Positions 7,682 to 17,900 of a stretch of DNA of 53,615 bases are shown one piece after another. Position numbers and translations under genes: made by a program. The stretch comes from a virus (Duplodnaviria; Caudoviricetes). Each line of letters begins with the position of its first letter. Within the stretch, counting starts at the first letter, position 1. The notes under the pieces were generated by a model. That model was not told the origin of the DNA and did no database searches. It saw only the letters and a list, made by a program, of their open reading frames with translations. The stretch spans positions 1 through 53,615 of the IMG/VR virus record IMGVR_UViG_3300006802_000123; one strand, given 5' to 3'.

Positions 7682-8820
7682 TCGAATGGATTACCCCCGC
7701 ACATAGCAAAAACGTCTGGTTCTTTGTCAACATATTCTTTTAGTAGTGCTGCATTTTTTTCTAATCTAGGAAAAATATCTCTTCTAAGTTGGTTAACACT
7801 ATCCAACGTTGGATATTTTTTCTTAAAATTTTTCAATATGTTTATGATCGAATACATCCTGACATCTTTATCTTCTTCTACATCATAATAATGATTTTCT
7901 AAGATATCGTCAAATACATCAAATCCCGTTTCTCTAACAATTTTTATTATTCCTTTTGAACCAAATATTATGGGAACTTGATACCAACCAAATGCTTTCC
8001 AAGTTTTTTCTGAGATATGCATCCTATAACAATTAGTTTCTACTACTACGTTTATTAAACATTTATAAAAAAACTCGCTGGGAGGACCATGATGAATATA
8101 TTCTTTGTCTTCTGCTGATATGGGATAGGGAAAAGGAGCCATCATTTTTTTGTAAAAATTAGCGAGGTAACTCGCATGTTTAAATCCAAGAGAAACTACC
8201 GAAATTTCACTGAAATTCATTAATAGTTCTCTAGTGAATGCTGCCTTTTCAATACTTGATCTTCTGGCTAAGGAAAGAAAATACTTGTCACACTCTATAG
8301 TAGAAAAATCTATGTTACTTTTTAATAATTTGTCATGCCATCCCGAGTAATTGACACAATGATTTGAGATTGTTTTTATTTTAAATTGTTTATGTTCTAG
8401 GTGCGGGATCGCTACAGAACCTATAGAAGCAATGAAAAAAGAATTAGTATGATTATATCCTAGAAAATTGACGAATGTTTTAGCATGTTCTAAAAATCCG
8501 GGTACTGTTTCATACAGAACCTTTACTATAATAAATTTTTTCTTTGTTATTTTCTCAGAAAGGTAATCAGCAATGTACCTATTAATCTCTCTCGCATATA
8601 ATGGATGTACTATTAGTCTTCTTCCGCGTACTATGGAATCCATATTACTTAATTCAGGGGATGATTTTATAACTAACTCTTGTACTTCAGGGGTAGGTAA
8701 AAAGTAGTATATTTTTAAGTAATCAATTACAACAATATCTTCACCTATATAGGTGACCCAATCTTTATTTTCCCATAACGTTTGATCAACAGCTGACAGG
8801 TAATCGTCTATCTTAGACAT
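7678..8820 (-). CDS. Hypothetical protein with glycosyltransferase (GT10/fucosyltransferase-like) C-terminal motif
   Basis: INVVVETN...HISEKTWKAF...VPIIFG resembles the GT10 E-N/(T/S)EK/P-I motif series; ATGA overlap with gp46. Confidence 0.5.
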   Translation of the reverse strand: MSKIDDYLSAVDQTLWENKDWVTYIGEDIVVIDYLKIYYFLPTPEVQELVIKSSPELSNMDSIVRGRRLIVHPLYAREINRYIADYLSEKITKKKFIIVKVLYETVPGFLEHAKTFVNFLGYNHTNSFFIASIGSVAIPHLEHKQFKIKTISNHCVNYSGWHDKLLKSNIDFSTIECDKYFLSLARRSSIEKAAFTRELLMNFSEISVVSLGFKHASYLANFYKKMMAPFPYPISAEDKEYIHHGPPSEFFYKCLINVVVETNCYRMHISEKTWKAFGWYQVPIIFGSKGIIKIVRETGFDVFDDILENHYYDVEEDKDVRMYSIINILKNFKKKYPTLDSVNQLRRDIFPRLEKNAALLKEYVDKEPDVFAMCGGNPFE

Positions 8821-8824
8821 AAGT

Positions 8825-9841
8825 TCATAAACCCCTGTAGATATCTAGTAGTATTCTTGGATCATAAAACTGACTTTCAATATTGCTGATTTGATCTATG
8901 ATAATTTGATCCACAGATTCAAACTTCAATTCACCCGGAGCAAGATCCTGAGAGTGCTGTTCCATCTTCATAGGTATTAGTGACATCTCTCTTAGACTGT
9001 ATTCGGGAATCAATGTTTCTTTAATGAAGTTGGCTTCTTCATAAGATATGTCTATATCCAAATGAACTCTAACACTGGCTCGGGAAATTAATAACTTTTT
9101 TGGATCATCTAATATATCACTTAATTTATAAACCCTAAATACTGGTTGGGCGTCCCAAGAATAGTATTCTGGTTCTTCTCCCCAGGCTAGTACCATCATG
9201 CCCCTAGCGTCATCACTAGCATCAGCATAATTGTGAGGGAAACAGTTGCCAATATATCTGATATTTTTTCTTGCTTGTCTTTTATGGAAATGGCCAGAGA
9301 ATACCTGATCAAAGTGAGACAAATGTTTTTCATTGATCTCACCATGATCAGGCATCTCTACCATAGCATTCATGTAGAAGTGGGGAAGTTCAAGATGAGC
9401 AAATAGATACTTGCCCTTTAACTTCTTGAGTTTCTTATACTCTTCTCCAACTAGCCACGGAGCAACTACTACATCACCCTCGACTATCCAGTCGTTAGCG
9501 ATGTGTACGTTTGACAGATGCTTCGCCCACTCTACAGAATGTATATCCCGGCGATCACGATAATAAAGATCATGATTACCTGGAATGAAAAAGACTTGTT
9601 CGAAGTTATCGTTTAGTTTTTCTAAGGCTCTCAAACCAAATTGCAAAGTATGCATGTTGATGCTAGACCTGTGATGATTCCAATCACCCAGAAAGAAGCA
9701 GGTCTCGCAGTTCTCTTGCTTGGCTTTGCTAATGAACCAATCGATGAACTCCGAACAGTCTTGGTTATGTTGTATACTGTTACTCTTCAAACCAAAGTGT
9801 ATGTCAGTACAAACAGCGGCTTTTTTAAACAAGTTGGCCAT
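8825..9841 (-). CDS. gp47: Mre11/SbcD-like recombination nuclease (T4 gp47-like)
   Basis: Calcineurin-like phosphoesterase motifs DIH, LGD, GNHD, AHLE, GHFH; paired with gp46. Confidence 0.95.
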   Translation of the reverse strand: MANLFKKAAVCTDIHFGLKSNSIQHNQDCSEFIDWFISKAKQENCETCFFLGDWNHHRSSINMHTLQFGLRALEKLNDNFEQVFFIPGNHDLYYRDRRDIHSVEWAKHLSNVHIANDWIVEGDVVVAPWLVGEEYKKLKKLKGKYLFAHLELPHFYMNAMVEMPDHGEINEKHLSHFDQVFSGHFHKRQARKNIRYIGNCFPHNYADASDDARGMMVLAWGEEPEYYSWDAQPVFRVYKLSDILDDPKKLLISRASVRVHLDIDISYEEANFIKETLIPEYSLREMSLIPMKMEQHSQDLAPGELKFESVDQIIIDQISNIESQFYDPRILLDIYRGL

Positions 9842-9847
9842 CTAACT

Positions 9848-9876
9848 ATCTTATGTTAATATTTTTGCTTTTGCAA
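9848..9876 (-). promoter_or_regulatory. Sigma70-type promoter TTGCAA-17-TAAGAT for gp47 (probably leaderless)
   Basis: -35 at 9876-9871, -10 at 9853-9848, 17-bp spacer; ATG 6 nt after the -10; no Shine-Dalgarno. Confidence 0.6.
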
Positions 9877-9885
9877 AAGTTATGG

Positions 9886-10773
9886 TCATTCTTCTGTCAA
9901 CTTCATGTCCCTCATCTGCCTAGTGTGCGATGGGTTCAATCCATTCATTTCTAAAATGTCATCTCTGATATTTTGATTTCTCTTTTCTGTGTTCAATACC
10001 CTGCAAAAACTATTAGTGATAGCAGCAGTATAATAAGCGAAAGGGTTGCTAGATTTCGCTTCATTGAAGCGTAACCCAACATATGTTAGTTGAAGTATGG
10101 CGCTGTTACGCATCTCATCATTATATGTATATCCCCTCCAGTTATACTTCATAGCATATTTTTCACATAGCATTATAAACATGCGGGCTAGTTTATCAGT
10201 TAATTGACCATGATCTTTATTAAAATGTCCGGTCTTTACTCCGTTTGTCCAATGAGATTTGCCCACGCAAATTAAAGTATTATTTTCATCTATCTTAAAG
10301 TGCTGGAACGGAGGAAAATTTACCCTAACATGTACCATATCATCAACTTCTTTAGCAGTATCTTTATCGTCTAGTTCATCAAAATCTATCTGGTCAGAGT
10401 CTTCAAATTCTATGATGTCTTGTACTGTTTTCTTTTTTATTACTTTTCTTGGTTGTTTTGGGGCTACTGGAATGTGATCCCAAGTCATGACCCTGAATAC
10501 TAAATCAGTCTTGGGTATATCTTTTGGATCTATCTTAGTGCCAGTCTCTTGACTTAATCTGGCTGCTCTGTTTTCTCGGGCTTGCTTAATAGTATCTCTT
10601 TTAAGACAATATGCTAGACTTTTTTCTAGTTTGGCTTCGGGCATGTCAACTATAAAATCATATTGATGATACTCTGCCCTAGTAAAGCAACAGTAAGAAC
10701 TTTTGCTCAGGTGAATTTCTTTTAATATATCTTTATTGTTTAGATAGTTTACTGGTCTTTTTGCTGTAGACAT
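9886..10773 (-). CDS. gp55: Late transcription sigma factor (T4 gp55-like)
   Basis: NYLNNKDILKEI, NWRGYTYNDEM, FNEAKSSNPFAYYT motifs. Start placed at ATG 10773 (AAGGA Shine-Dalgarno) because the longer start at 10821 falls inside the promoter. Confidence 0.88.
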   Translation of the reverse strand: MSTAKRPVNYLNNKDILKEIHLSKSSYCCFTRAEYHQYDFIVDMPEAKLEKSLAYCLKRDTIKQARENRAARLSQETGTKIDPKDIPKTDLVFRVMTWDHIPVAPKQPRKVIKKKTVQDIIEFEDSDQIDFDELDDKDTAKEVDDMVHVRVNFPPFQHFKIDENNTLICVGKSHWTNGVKTGHFNKDHGQLTDKLARMFIMLCEKYAMKYNWRGYTYNDEMRNSAILQLTYVGLRFNEAKSSNPFAYYTAAITNSFCRVLNTEKRNQNIRDDILEMNGLNPSHTRQMRDMKLTEE

Positions 10774-10800
10774 AAGTTCCTTTATATTATTGTTGCACAA

Positions 10801-10829
10801 ATGATACACACCTGACAGCATAATGTCAA
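10801..10829 (-). promoter_or_regulatory. Sigma70-type promoter TTGACA-17-TATCAT for the gp55-like gene
   Basis: Perfect -35 (10829-10824), 5/6 match at -10 (10806-10801), 17-bp spacer. Confidence 0.8.
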
Positions 10830-10862
10830 GCCTTAGTATCTAAAAACGCCGATTTTAAATAT

Positions 10863-10870
10863 GATAAATA
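10863..10870 (+). promoter_or_regulatory. Late promoter GATAAATA for the baseplate operon
   Basis: The same octamer precedes several structural genes (18052, 18721, 42466, 43244). Confidence 0.7.
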
Positions 10871-10883
10871 TACACAGACATGC

Positions 10884-10891
10884 TATTTATG
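10884..10891 (-). promoter_or_regulatory. Late-promoter-like CATAAATA pointing toward gp55
   Basis: Reverse complement of TATTTATG; matches NATAAATA. Confidence 0.4.
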
Positions 10892-10921
10892 TGTCTTTAA
10901 TTTAGTGAGAGAATAATACAT

Positions 10922-12508
10922 ATGGCTACCTGCAATGAAATATTAAGTAACATGCAACAATTTGATGCTGAAGTGCGCGGTGCCACAGGGATCGTCGAGA
11001 ACCTTTATGACGAGGCTTATGATTTAAAGTTAAAAGTAGACTCCTATGCTACCGGATCCGGAATTTTGCTTTTTAACAATAAAGATGACTTACTTTTTGA
11101 GGCAAAGAATTATTTAAACCAAGTAGAAGTGTATCAAGTATATGATGCAGATTATGAGGCTAAAGGACGAGATTTACTGAGCCAAGCTACAGCAGGTAAT
11201 TGTCAAGCTGCTATTGACTATTATAACAATACTCTTGTACGGGCAATTAATTATCTTGGTGTTAGAATACAATCAACAAAAACACTTTTAGGAAGAATTA
11301 TAGATACAATAAATTCTGCTACGGAACCGGAGCCTCCACCAGTAGCAGACGAGCCGGCGCCCGTGACACCTGAATCAGACCCTGCATTGCAAGATCCAGT
11401 AGCAGATCCGCTAGCACCCGTAATAGACGAACCCCCGCCGGTAACAAGCGAAGAAATAGATCCTAATTTTGACCCCAATGATCCACTGGCACCCGTAATA
11501 GACGAACCCCCGCCGGTCACCGATCAAGAGATAGACCCAAACGCTGACCCAAATGGTTTTGATGATGTATTAGATCCCGAAGGATTAATAGACGAACCTC
11601 CAATCATTGATGAAGATCCAGCATTTTTAGACGGTGATCTAGATACTGACGAAGGATTAAACGAATTTTTAGGAAGCGATGAAGGAGACGAAGGAGGAGG
11701 TGCTGGCGGTGCTAGAGCATCTGGACCCAGCGAAGCGCAAGCAGCAGCATCAGAGGGAGATTGGAGAGTTAGACTTTCTTTAGCAGCCAGCTCGGAATAT
11801 TTGTATAAGGCTGCCGGTTTAACCGGCGATATAATGTCTCCACTAAGGGCAACCAATGGTATTGTTTTTCCTTACCTCCCCACTATTACAGTAAATTATT
11901 CTGCTAACTATAACGAAGAAACTCCTGCTCACGCTAACTATAAAAATCTATTCTATAATAATAGCAACGTGGGCGACGTTACGATCACGGCAGATTTCAC
12001 GGCACAAGATTCAGCAGAAGCATCTTATATGTTAGCGGTAATTCATTTTGGGAGATCAATTACTAAGATGTTTTATGGTCAAGACGAAGCCCCGCCCAAT
12101 GGTGTACCTCCACCGCTAGTGTTTTTGACAGGAGTAGGAGATTTTCATTTCTCTAATCATCCACTAGTTGTGTCGGGATTTCAATTGACTTATCCCAACA
12201 ACGTAGATTATATCAGATGTACACCGGGAGAAAATATTGGACTAGCAGATCGTTCTATCGCAGGTACTATCGAGCAAAGAGCCTTTACTAGATTGAATGG
12301 TGCAGGCAATAGCATCACCCCGGGAGGATTGAGACCGCCACCTAATTTTACGGTAATCAATCAACCTAACTATATACCAACAAAAATGACTATAACATTT
12401 ACTTGCAAGCCAGTAGTATCTAGAAATATCATTAGTAATGAATTTAGTTTACGAGATTATGCCTCGGGTGCTATATACAGTAGACCAGGCAGAGGAGGTA
12501 TCTGGTAA
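10922..12508 (+). CDS. Baseplate tail-tube initiator/cap-like protein (gp48/gp54-like) with N-terminal extension
   Basis: C-terminal tube-like domain (GIVFPYLPTI...ITADFTAQ...PPPLVFL), position just before a gp53/LysM-like gene, acidic Pro-rich linker. Confidence 0.6.
   Translation: MATCNEILSNMQQFDAEVRGATGIVENLYDEAYDLKLKVDSYATGSGILLFNNKDDLLFEAKNYLNQVEVYQVYDADYEAKGRDLLSQATAGNCQAAIDYYNNTLVRAINYLGVRIQSTKTLLGRIIDTINSATEPEPPPVADEPAPVTPESDPALQDPVADPLAPVIDEPPPVTSEEIDPNFDPNDPLAPVIDEPPPVTDQEIDPNADPNGFDDVLDPEGLIDEPPIIDEDPAFLDGDLDTDEGLNEFLGSDEGDEGGGAGGARASGPSEAQAAASEGDWRVRLSLAASSEYLYKAAGLTGDIMSPLRATNGIVFPYLPTITVNYSANYNEETPAHANYKNLFYNNSNVGDVTITADFTAQDSAEASYMLAVIHFGRSITKMFYGQDEAPPNGVPPPLVFLTGVGDFHFSNHPLVVSGFQLTYPNNVDYIRCTPGENIGLADRSIAGTIEQRAFTRLNGAGNSITPGGLRPPPNFTVINQPNYIPTKMTITFTCKPVVSRNIISNEFSLRDYASGAIYSRPGRGGIW
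11405..11606 (+). repeat. 75-bp-period repeat encoding DPLAPVIDEPPPVT..EIDPN.DPN
   Basis: 29-bp exact match at 11414-11442 and 11489-11517; a third degenerate copy near 11586. Confidence 0.9.
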
Positions 12509-12819
12509 TGCCAAATCAGATTTATTCATCAATTAGCCCTTATTATCTTACACCATTGGCTAACAACACTTATCTAGATTTTTGGGTAGGTAGGAAAATT
12601 ACTCCCCGAGCATCTGATGTTCAGTATGTTATACCTAAGGTGTATGAATTCAGACCAGATTATCTAGCATACGACTTGTATCAAGACAGCAGATACTGGT
12701 GGGTGTTTGCTGCTAGAAATCCTAATCGATTAGGTGGTGATCCTTATTTTAGTTTCGTAGCCGGTCTACAGATATACATACCAACGCTGAATGAAATAAA
12801 GAAATCTTTGAATTTATAG
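12508..12819 (+). CDS. Baseplate wedge protein, gp53/LysM-like
   Basis: RPDYLAYDLYQDSRYWWVFAARN...GLQIYIP is typical of gp53/tail-X proteins. Confidence 0.8.
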   Translation: MPNQIYSSISPYYLTPLANNTYLDFWVGRKITPRASDVQYVIPKVYEFRPDYLAYDLYQDSRYWWVFAARNPNRLGGDPYFSFVAGLQIYIPTLNEIKKSLNL

Positions 12820-12828
12820 GATTATTAA

Positions 12829-14925
12829 ATGGCAGACGACGATAGCACAACAGAACCGGCGGCATCACAAACTCTATTCAGTGTTGGAGATACATCAAAT
12901 CCAGATTCACAGTATCCCGGCAGACGATTAAAAAATCCTTTAGGTTTCATGGCAAGTTATACCTATAACTGGACTCTTTATCTAGTTACTCCTGAAGTTT
13001 ATGCTGCATGGACTGTAGCAGGATGTAGAGACGTACCAAATATAGGTAATGGTGCCTATCCTATAGTTGCTAGCGGTGGTATAAACAATAGTAATAGTGT
13101 CTATACCAGAGCAGAAAGTATTCCTTTTGATTATTTCATAGACACTGTAGATATAACTACTATTGCTGCTTCAAACCAAGCGCAGGGTGGTCCTATAGGT
13201 TTCGAATTTAAATTTAGGATCACAGAACCAATGGGTTTTTCATTCATCAATAACATGAAAAAGCTAGAAAGAGAAGTAGAAGCAAAACATGGATACAAGG
13301 CTAGTTTTATAAAACAACAATTTTTAGCAGAAGTAAAATTTTACGGCTGGGACATGGAAGGTAATTTAGTTAAGGGATCGGACGTATTTGATAGTTCGGG
13401 AGAAATAGATCCCGCTAGCGATGGTAATAGTTTGTTTAAGCGTGTGTTTGATGTTGTTATTCAAGGCATAACTTTTCAGTTAGGTACTCCTAAAGGTACC
13501 CAATATGAGATGAAATTTGTAATAACTAACAGAGATGTACAAGGAGCAAAAACTGGTTGGGTAAATAAAGATATCACACTAAGTGGTATAACAGTTGATG
13601 AGGATCTTCAGTCGTTGGTTAAACAACTAAACGAACAAGAAGAAAAAGATGTTGCAGATGGAATTAAAACGTATCCTAACGTTTATAAAATAAGTTATGT
13701 AGATGCAGAGTCTGCGGCAATAGGAGCAGCGACAAAGGTTAATCCAGACGATTTACAAAAAACTAGATTTCCTATGCCCGATATTCAAAACGCTGCCGAA
13801 TCAACTGAAGCTGCTGCAGCTCAAGCAGCCGCAAATAATGTTCGGCAACCTATCAATAGAGCGGGCCAATCTATTCTTTTTGTTATCGATGATATCATAA
13901 AAAATAGTTCATATATGCGAGAATTATTAACTAAGCTGCTAGCAAATCAAACTCAACCACCACCCCCTGTACCGGGTCCTGGTACAGGAGACTTTAAAAC
14001 TCTGGATAATGATAACCAAAGGAAATTGTCTTGGTATACGGTTAGCGTACAATTAGGTACCAATAGTCCTGCCAGATGGGACCCAAAAATTAATGATTGG
14101 GCTTGGAATGTAGAATACAAAATAATTAAAATGTACACTCCGGTTATTACTGCGGCTTACATAGGAGATCAGTATACTTATTTTGGCCCACATAAAAGAT
14201 ATGAGTATTTGTTTACAGGAAAAAATAGTGATATAATTTCTTACAATCAAAATTTTAACAATCTTTTTTATCTAATAGCATTTGATAAAGATGGAGAAGG
14301 AGAATTTGTAGCACCTGATTCAGCTATATCTAAAAAAGTGGGTCAAACTCAAGGAGATAACCAAAGCGGTGCAGGTCCGGGTCAACAAGCACAAAATGCT
14401 GTGTTAACTAGTTTGTATGATCCATCAACTTATGCTACTGCAAAAATGAGAGTTTTAGGAGATCCTGATTTCTTGTGCGCTATGCCTCAGGTAACAGCGG
14501 GAAGTAGTAGCATAGGAGATACAGTAACCGGAGTATATAATCATTTTTATCATGATGTAGCAGGCGGTGATAAATTTCAAATAAATCCTCAAGGTTCTGA
14601 AGTTTGTGTAGAAGTAGATTTTAAAGAGGGTGTTGACTATCAACAAGATGGAGACGGTTTACTTAGTATTAACACATCTATACAATTCTGGGAATATCCT
14701 GAAGATATAGCGAATATAATAAAGGGTGTAGCCTATAAAGTAATCAGAGTACAGCATAATTTTTCGGCTGGTAAATATGAAATGGAAATGTCAATGATTC
14801 CTATAGTATTTCCTAAGGGCGGAGTGTTAAAAGTAGTGAATGAACAAGGCGAAGTAACAGATGCTCCTCCTGCGGATGGCGGGGGTGAGGGTGAGGCAGC
14901 TGCTGCCGGGGATACTGAGGCCTGA
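12829..14925 (+). CDS. Baseplate hub protein (gp27/VgrG-N-like)
   Basis: Lies between gp53-like and spike genes; C-terminal MRVLGDP and YKVIRVQHNFSAGKY hub-like motifs. Confidence 0.6.
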   Translation: MADDDSTTEPAASQTLFSVGDTSNPDSQYPGRRLKNPLGFMASYTYNWTLYLVTPEVYAAWTVAGCRDVPNIGNGAYPIVASGGINNSNSVYTRAESIPFDYFIDTVDITTIAASNQAQGGPIGFEFKFRITEPMGFSFINNMKKLEREVEAKHGYKASFIKQQFLAEVKFYGWDMEGNLVKGSDVFDSSGEIDPASDGNSLFKRVFDVVIQGITFQLGTPKGTQYEMKFVITNRDVQGAKTGWVNKDITLSGITVDEDLQSLVKQLNEQEEKDVADGIKTYPNVYKISYVDAESAAIGAATKVNPDDLQKTRFPMPDIQNAAESTEAAAAQAAANNVRQPINRAGQSILFVIDDIIKNSSYMRELLTKLLANQTQPPPPVPGPGTGDFKTLDNDNQRKLSWYTVSVQLGTNSPARWDPKINDWAWNVEYKIIKMYTPVITAAYIGDQYTYFGPHKRYEYLFTGKNSDIISYNQNFNNLFYLIAFDKDGEGEFVAPDSAISKKVGQTQGDNQSGAGPGQQAQNAVLTSLYDPSTYATAKMRVLGDPDFLCAMPQVTAGSSSIGDTVTGVYNHFYHDVAGGDKFQINPQGSEVCVEVDFKEGVDYQQDGDGLLSINTSIQFWEYPEDIANIIKGVAYKVIRVQHNFSAGKYEMEMSMIPIVFPKGGVLKVVNEQGEVTDAPPADGGGEGEAAAAGDTEA

Positions 14926-14949
14926 AGATAACGGAAGAGGTTAACAACA

Positions 14950-17900
14950 ATGGCAGAGAATACAACAAAAATTAAGGGTCCGTTGAAATCAGACACACCG
15001 GCTGCCGGTGGGGCTACATCTAAGCCGTATCCTATCATAGGTACAGTAAAAAATAATATTGATCCTCTACGCATGGGTAGAATGCAAGTATATCTAGACT
15101 ATGGTACAGGAACTGATCCAGATGATGCTACTCAATGGCGAACAGTTCGCTGGGCCATGCCATATTATGGTGTGACAAGACCACAAGCATCAGACGATAA
15201 CTGGGGAGATTTCGTAGCGAATCCTACTTCATACGGAATGTGGTATTCACCGCCTGATATAGGTACTAAAGTTATTTGCATATTCATACAAGGTAAAGAT
15301 GATTATGGATATGTGATTGCTGCTATTCCTGATCCTGAAACCCTTCATATGATACCTGCGATAGGTGCTTCAGACAATGTTGTGTTAAATGGTGGTGAGG
15401 CTAGTTCATATGGTGGTGCTACAAGATTACCAGTAACTAATTTAAATATACAAAATACAGGCCTTTCAGAAGGACTAAACTTTTTAAATGAGGCTAAACC
15501 AGTACACAGTTATAGTGCTATGGCCATGCACCAACAAGGTATATTAAGAGATCCTGTGCGAGGTGCTATAGGTTGTAGTGCTAATAGAGAAAGCCCTTCT
15601 AGAGTTGGTTTCGGTGTAAGCACTCCGGGTAGACCCATATATGAAGGTGGTTATGATGACGCAGCCATTGCTAGTGCAGCGAACCCTGACACTCCACCTG
15701 AAAACTTGCGCGTTATCGCTAGAAGGGGCGGTCATTCTTTTATTATGGACGACGGAGACATAATAGGTAGAGATTGTGTAATAAGATTAAGAACTGCGCT
15801 GGGTCATCAAATTTTAATGAGTGATGATGGTCAAGTAATAAGCATACTAGCGTCTAACGGACAAGCATATATAGAGTTAGGTAAAGAAGGTACAGTAGAT
15901 ATTTTTGCTACTAATTCTATCAATCTTAGAACTCAAGGTGATTTAAACTTCCACGCAGATAGAAATATCAACTTTCATGCTGTTGAAGACATTAATATGA
16001 AGACAGGCAAGAATTTAAATATTGACACAGAGAAGAAGTTTAGTCATAGGATAGGAAAAGACTCACAAGTATCTACGGGCGGTAAACATACACATAAAGT
16101 TAGTAATGCTTGCAGTTTTGAATCAGGCGGTGACATATCATTGGCTAGTGTTGCTATAGCATATGTTAATGGATCAAAAGTAAACTTAAATTCAGGTGCC
16201 ACATCTACTATTCCTTTAGAAGTAGATCCTATACCATTGCTTGCTCATACAGACACATTATGGGATCAATCAGTAGGATGGGCTGCTGTTCCCGGATATC
16301 TGCTAAGTGTGGCTAACAGAGTCCCTGCCCATTATCCGTGGGCTAACGCAGGACAGGGCGTAGACGCTAAAGTAGATTCAGACGCGGCTAGTAACTTACC
16401 AGCAGCACCTACATCAGCAGCATCTGCGGTGAACCAAGCAGCAGGATTAGATCCTCCTATACCTACTTCAGTAGCAGCAGGAGCAGCCATGCCAGCAGTA
16501 GGTGGAGCAAGCGCGGCGCTAGATCAAAATACTACTAGCAACATGTTGGGAGCAGTAGCAACTACGGTTGCTAATGGACCAGCAGCCGCTGCTACACAAA
16601 CAGGCAGTGCTATTGTAGATGGAACAGCGTTTATAGGACAGTTTGGTCAAACGCCTGAACAAATGGAACTGGGTGGATATCTGAAGCCAGGGTCATCTAC
16701 ACTTGTCAATAGTTTAGTAGAATCAGGGTCTAATGCGTTTGCATCTATGACCAATAACTTGTTTACTGGTAAAGATGGTGTTAATAGTTTACAACAATTC
16801 ATAGATAATATAGATACTCAAGCCTCATCTATGGTCAAGAATTTTCAAGCATCACAAAATTATTTTACTGCTGCTGGAGTAATGACAGGTAAAGAACATC
16901 CTACGCAGATAGCAGGTATAATACAAGCAGGTGTTACTCAAGGATTAGAAAATACTTTGAACACAGTTATAAATGGCTCAGGCGCCGCTGCGACACTAAA
17001 GGAAATCGCTTCGGGTAATTTTGCTGCTACATTAGCAGAAAACGTTACCAGCGGAAAAGCTTCTATTTCTGCTGCACTAAATTTAGCACAACAACCCCCA
17101 AGTTTAGAAAGTTTATCAGCAACAGCGAAAGGTATAGCAGCATCAGCATTTGCTCAGGTTACTGCGGGATTCAAGCCCTTTGAAGCAGGCGTACCACAAA
17201 ATCTAAAAGAAATAGCCAAACAAGCAAGAGAATCGGTGCAGGGAATTGATATAGGTGATGCATTAGTAGGGGCGGCTACTTCTAGTTTATCTTCGGCAAT
17301 AGCAACAGGAGTAAACAATCTGATAGGTGGTCAGAGTACAGTAAACAACATCGTAAATCAAAGTCAAAGTGCTATTAATGATCTAGCAAGTGATGTTAAT
17401 AATTTGATCAATTCTAATAATGACTTGTCAGGTAATCAATTAAACAATCTAAACAATCTTAGCGATAGTTTAGATTCAGCAGTTGGATCATTGAACAATA
17501 CGCTTAATAATCTAGGTAGTTCGTTAATGGATGAGGCTAGCAATTTATTAAATAATGCTATAGAAACCGAATTAAATGAACAGTTTAACAATCTAGTTGA
17601 TAGTATATCTGGAGGCATTTCGTCTGGACTATCACAACTTGGTTTATCTAATTCTGCTGCTACTGAACTAATGTCAGCCATATCCGCTCTTGGATCAGGT
17701 GGTTCTGCTAGCATTAAATTGCCTTCAGTAGGAACTAATACTTTTAACAGAGCAGGTTTAACTGCTGCTATAAGCAATGTGTTGGGCAATCCTAAGATAC
17801 CTATGCCAAATTTTGCAGGTGAAGTCGCAGGCGCGGCAGTAAGTGCTGCTGAGGGTTTAATAGAAAATCTAAAGTCTAAGATAGATGAAAATCAACAAAA

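Noticed and set aside
10774-10821. Longer starts in the ORF track (10821; likewise 47320, 48697, 50070)
   Set aside because: Downstream ATGs have a Shine-Dalgarno or stop-start overlap, and 10821 lies inside the promoter spacer.
11405-11606. 29-bp direct repeat as a mini-CRISPR
   Set aside because: Period is an in-frame 75 bp, the intervening sequences are also similar, and it encodes a peptide repeat.
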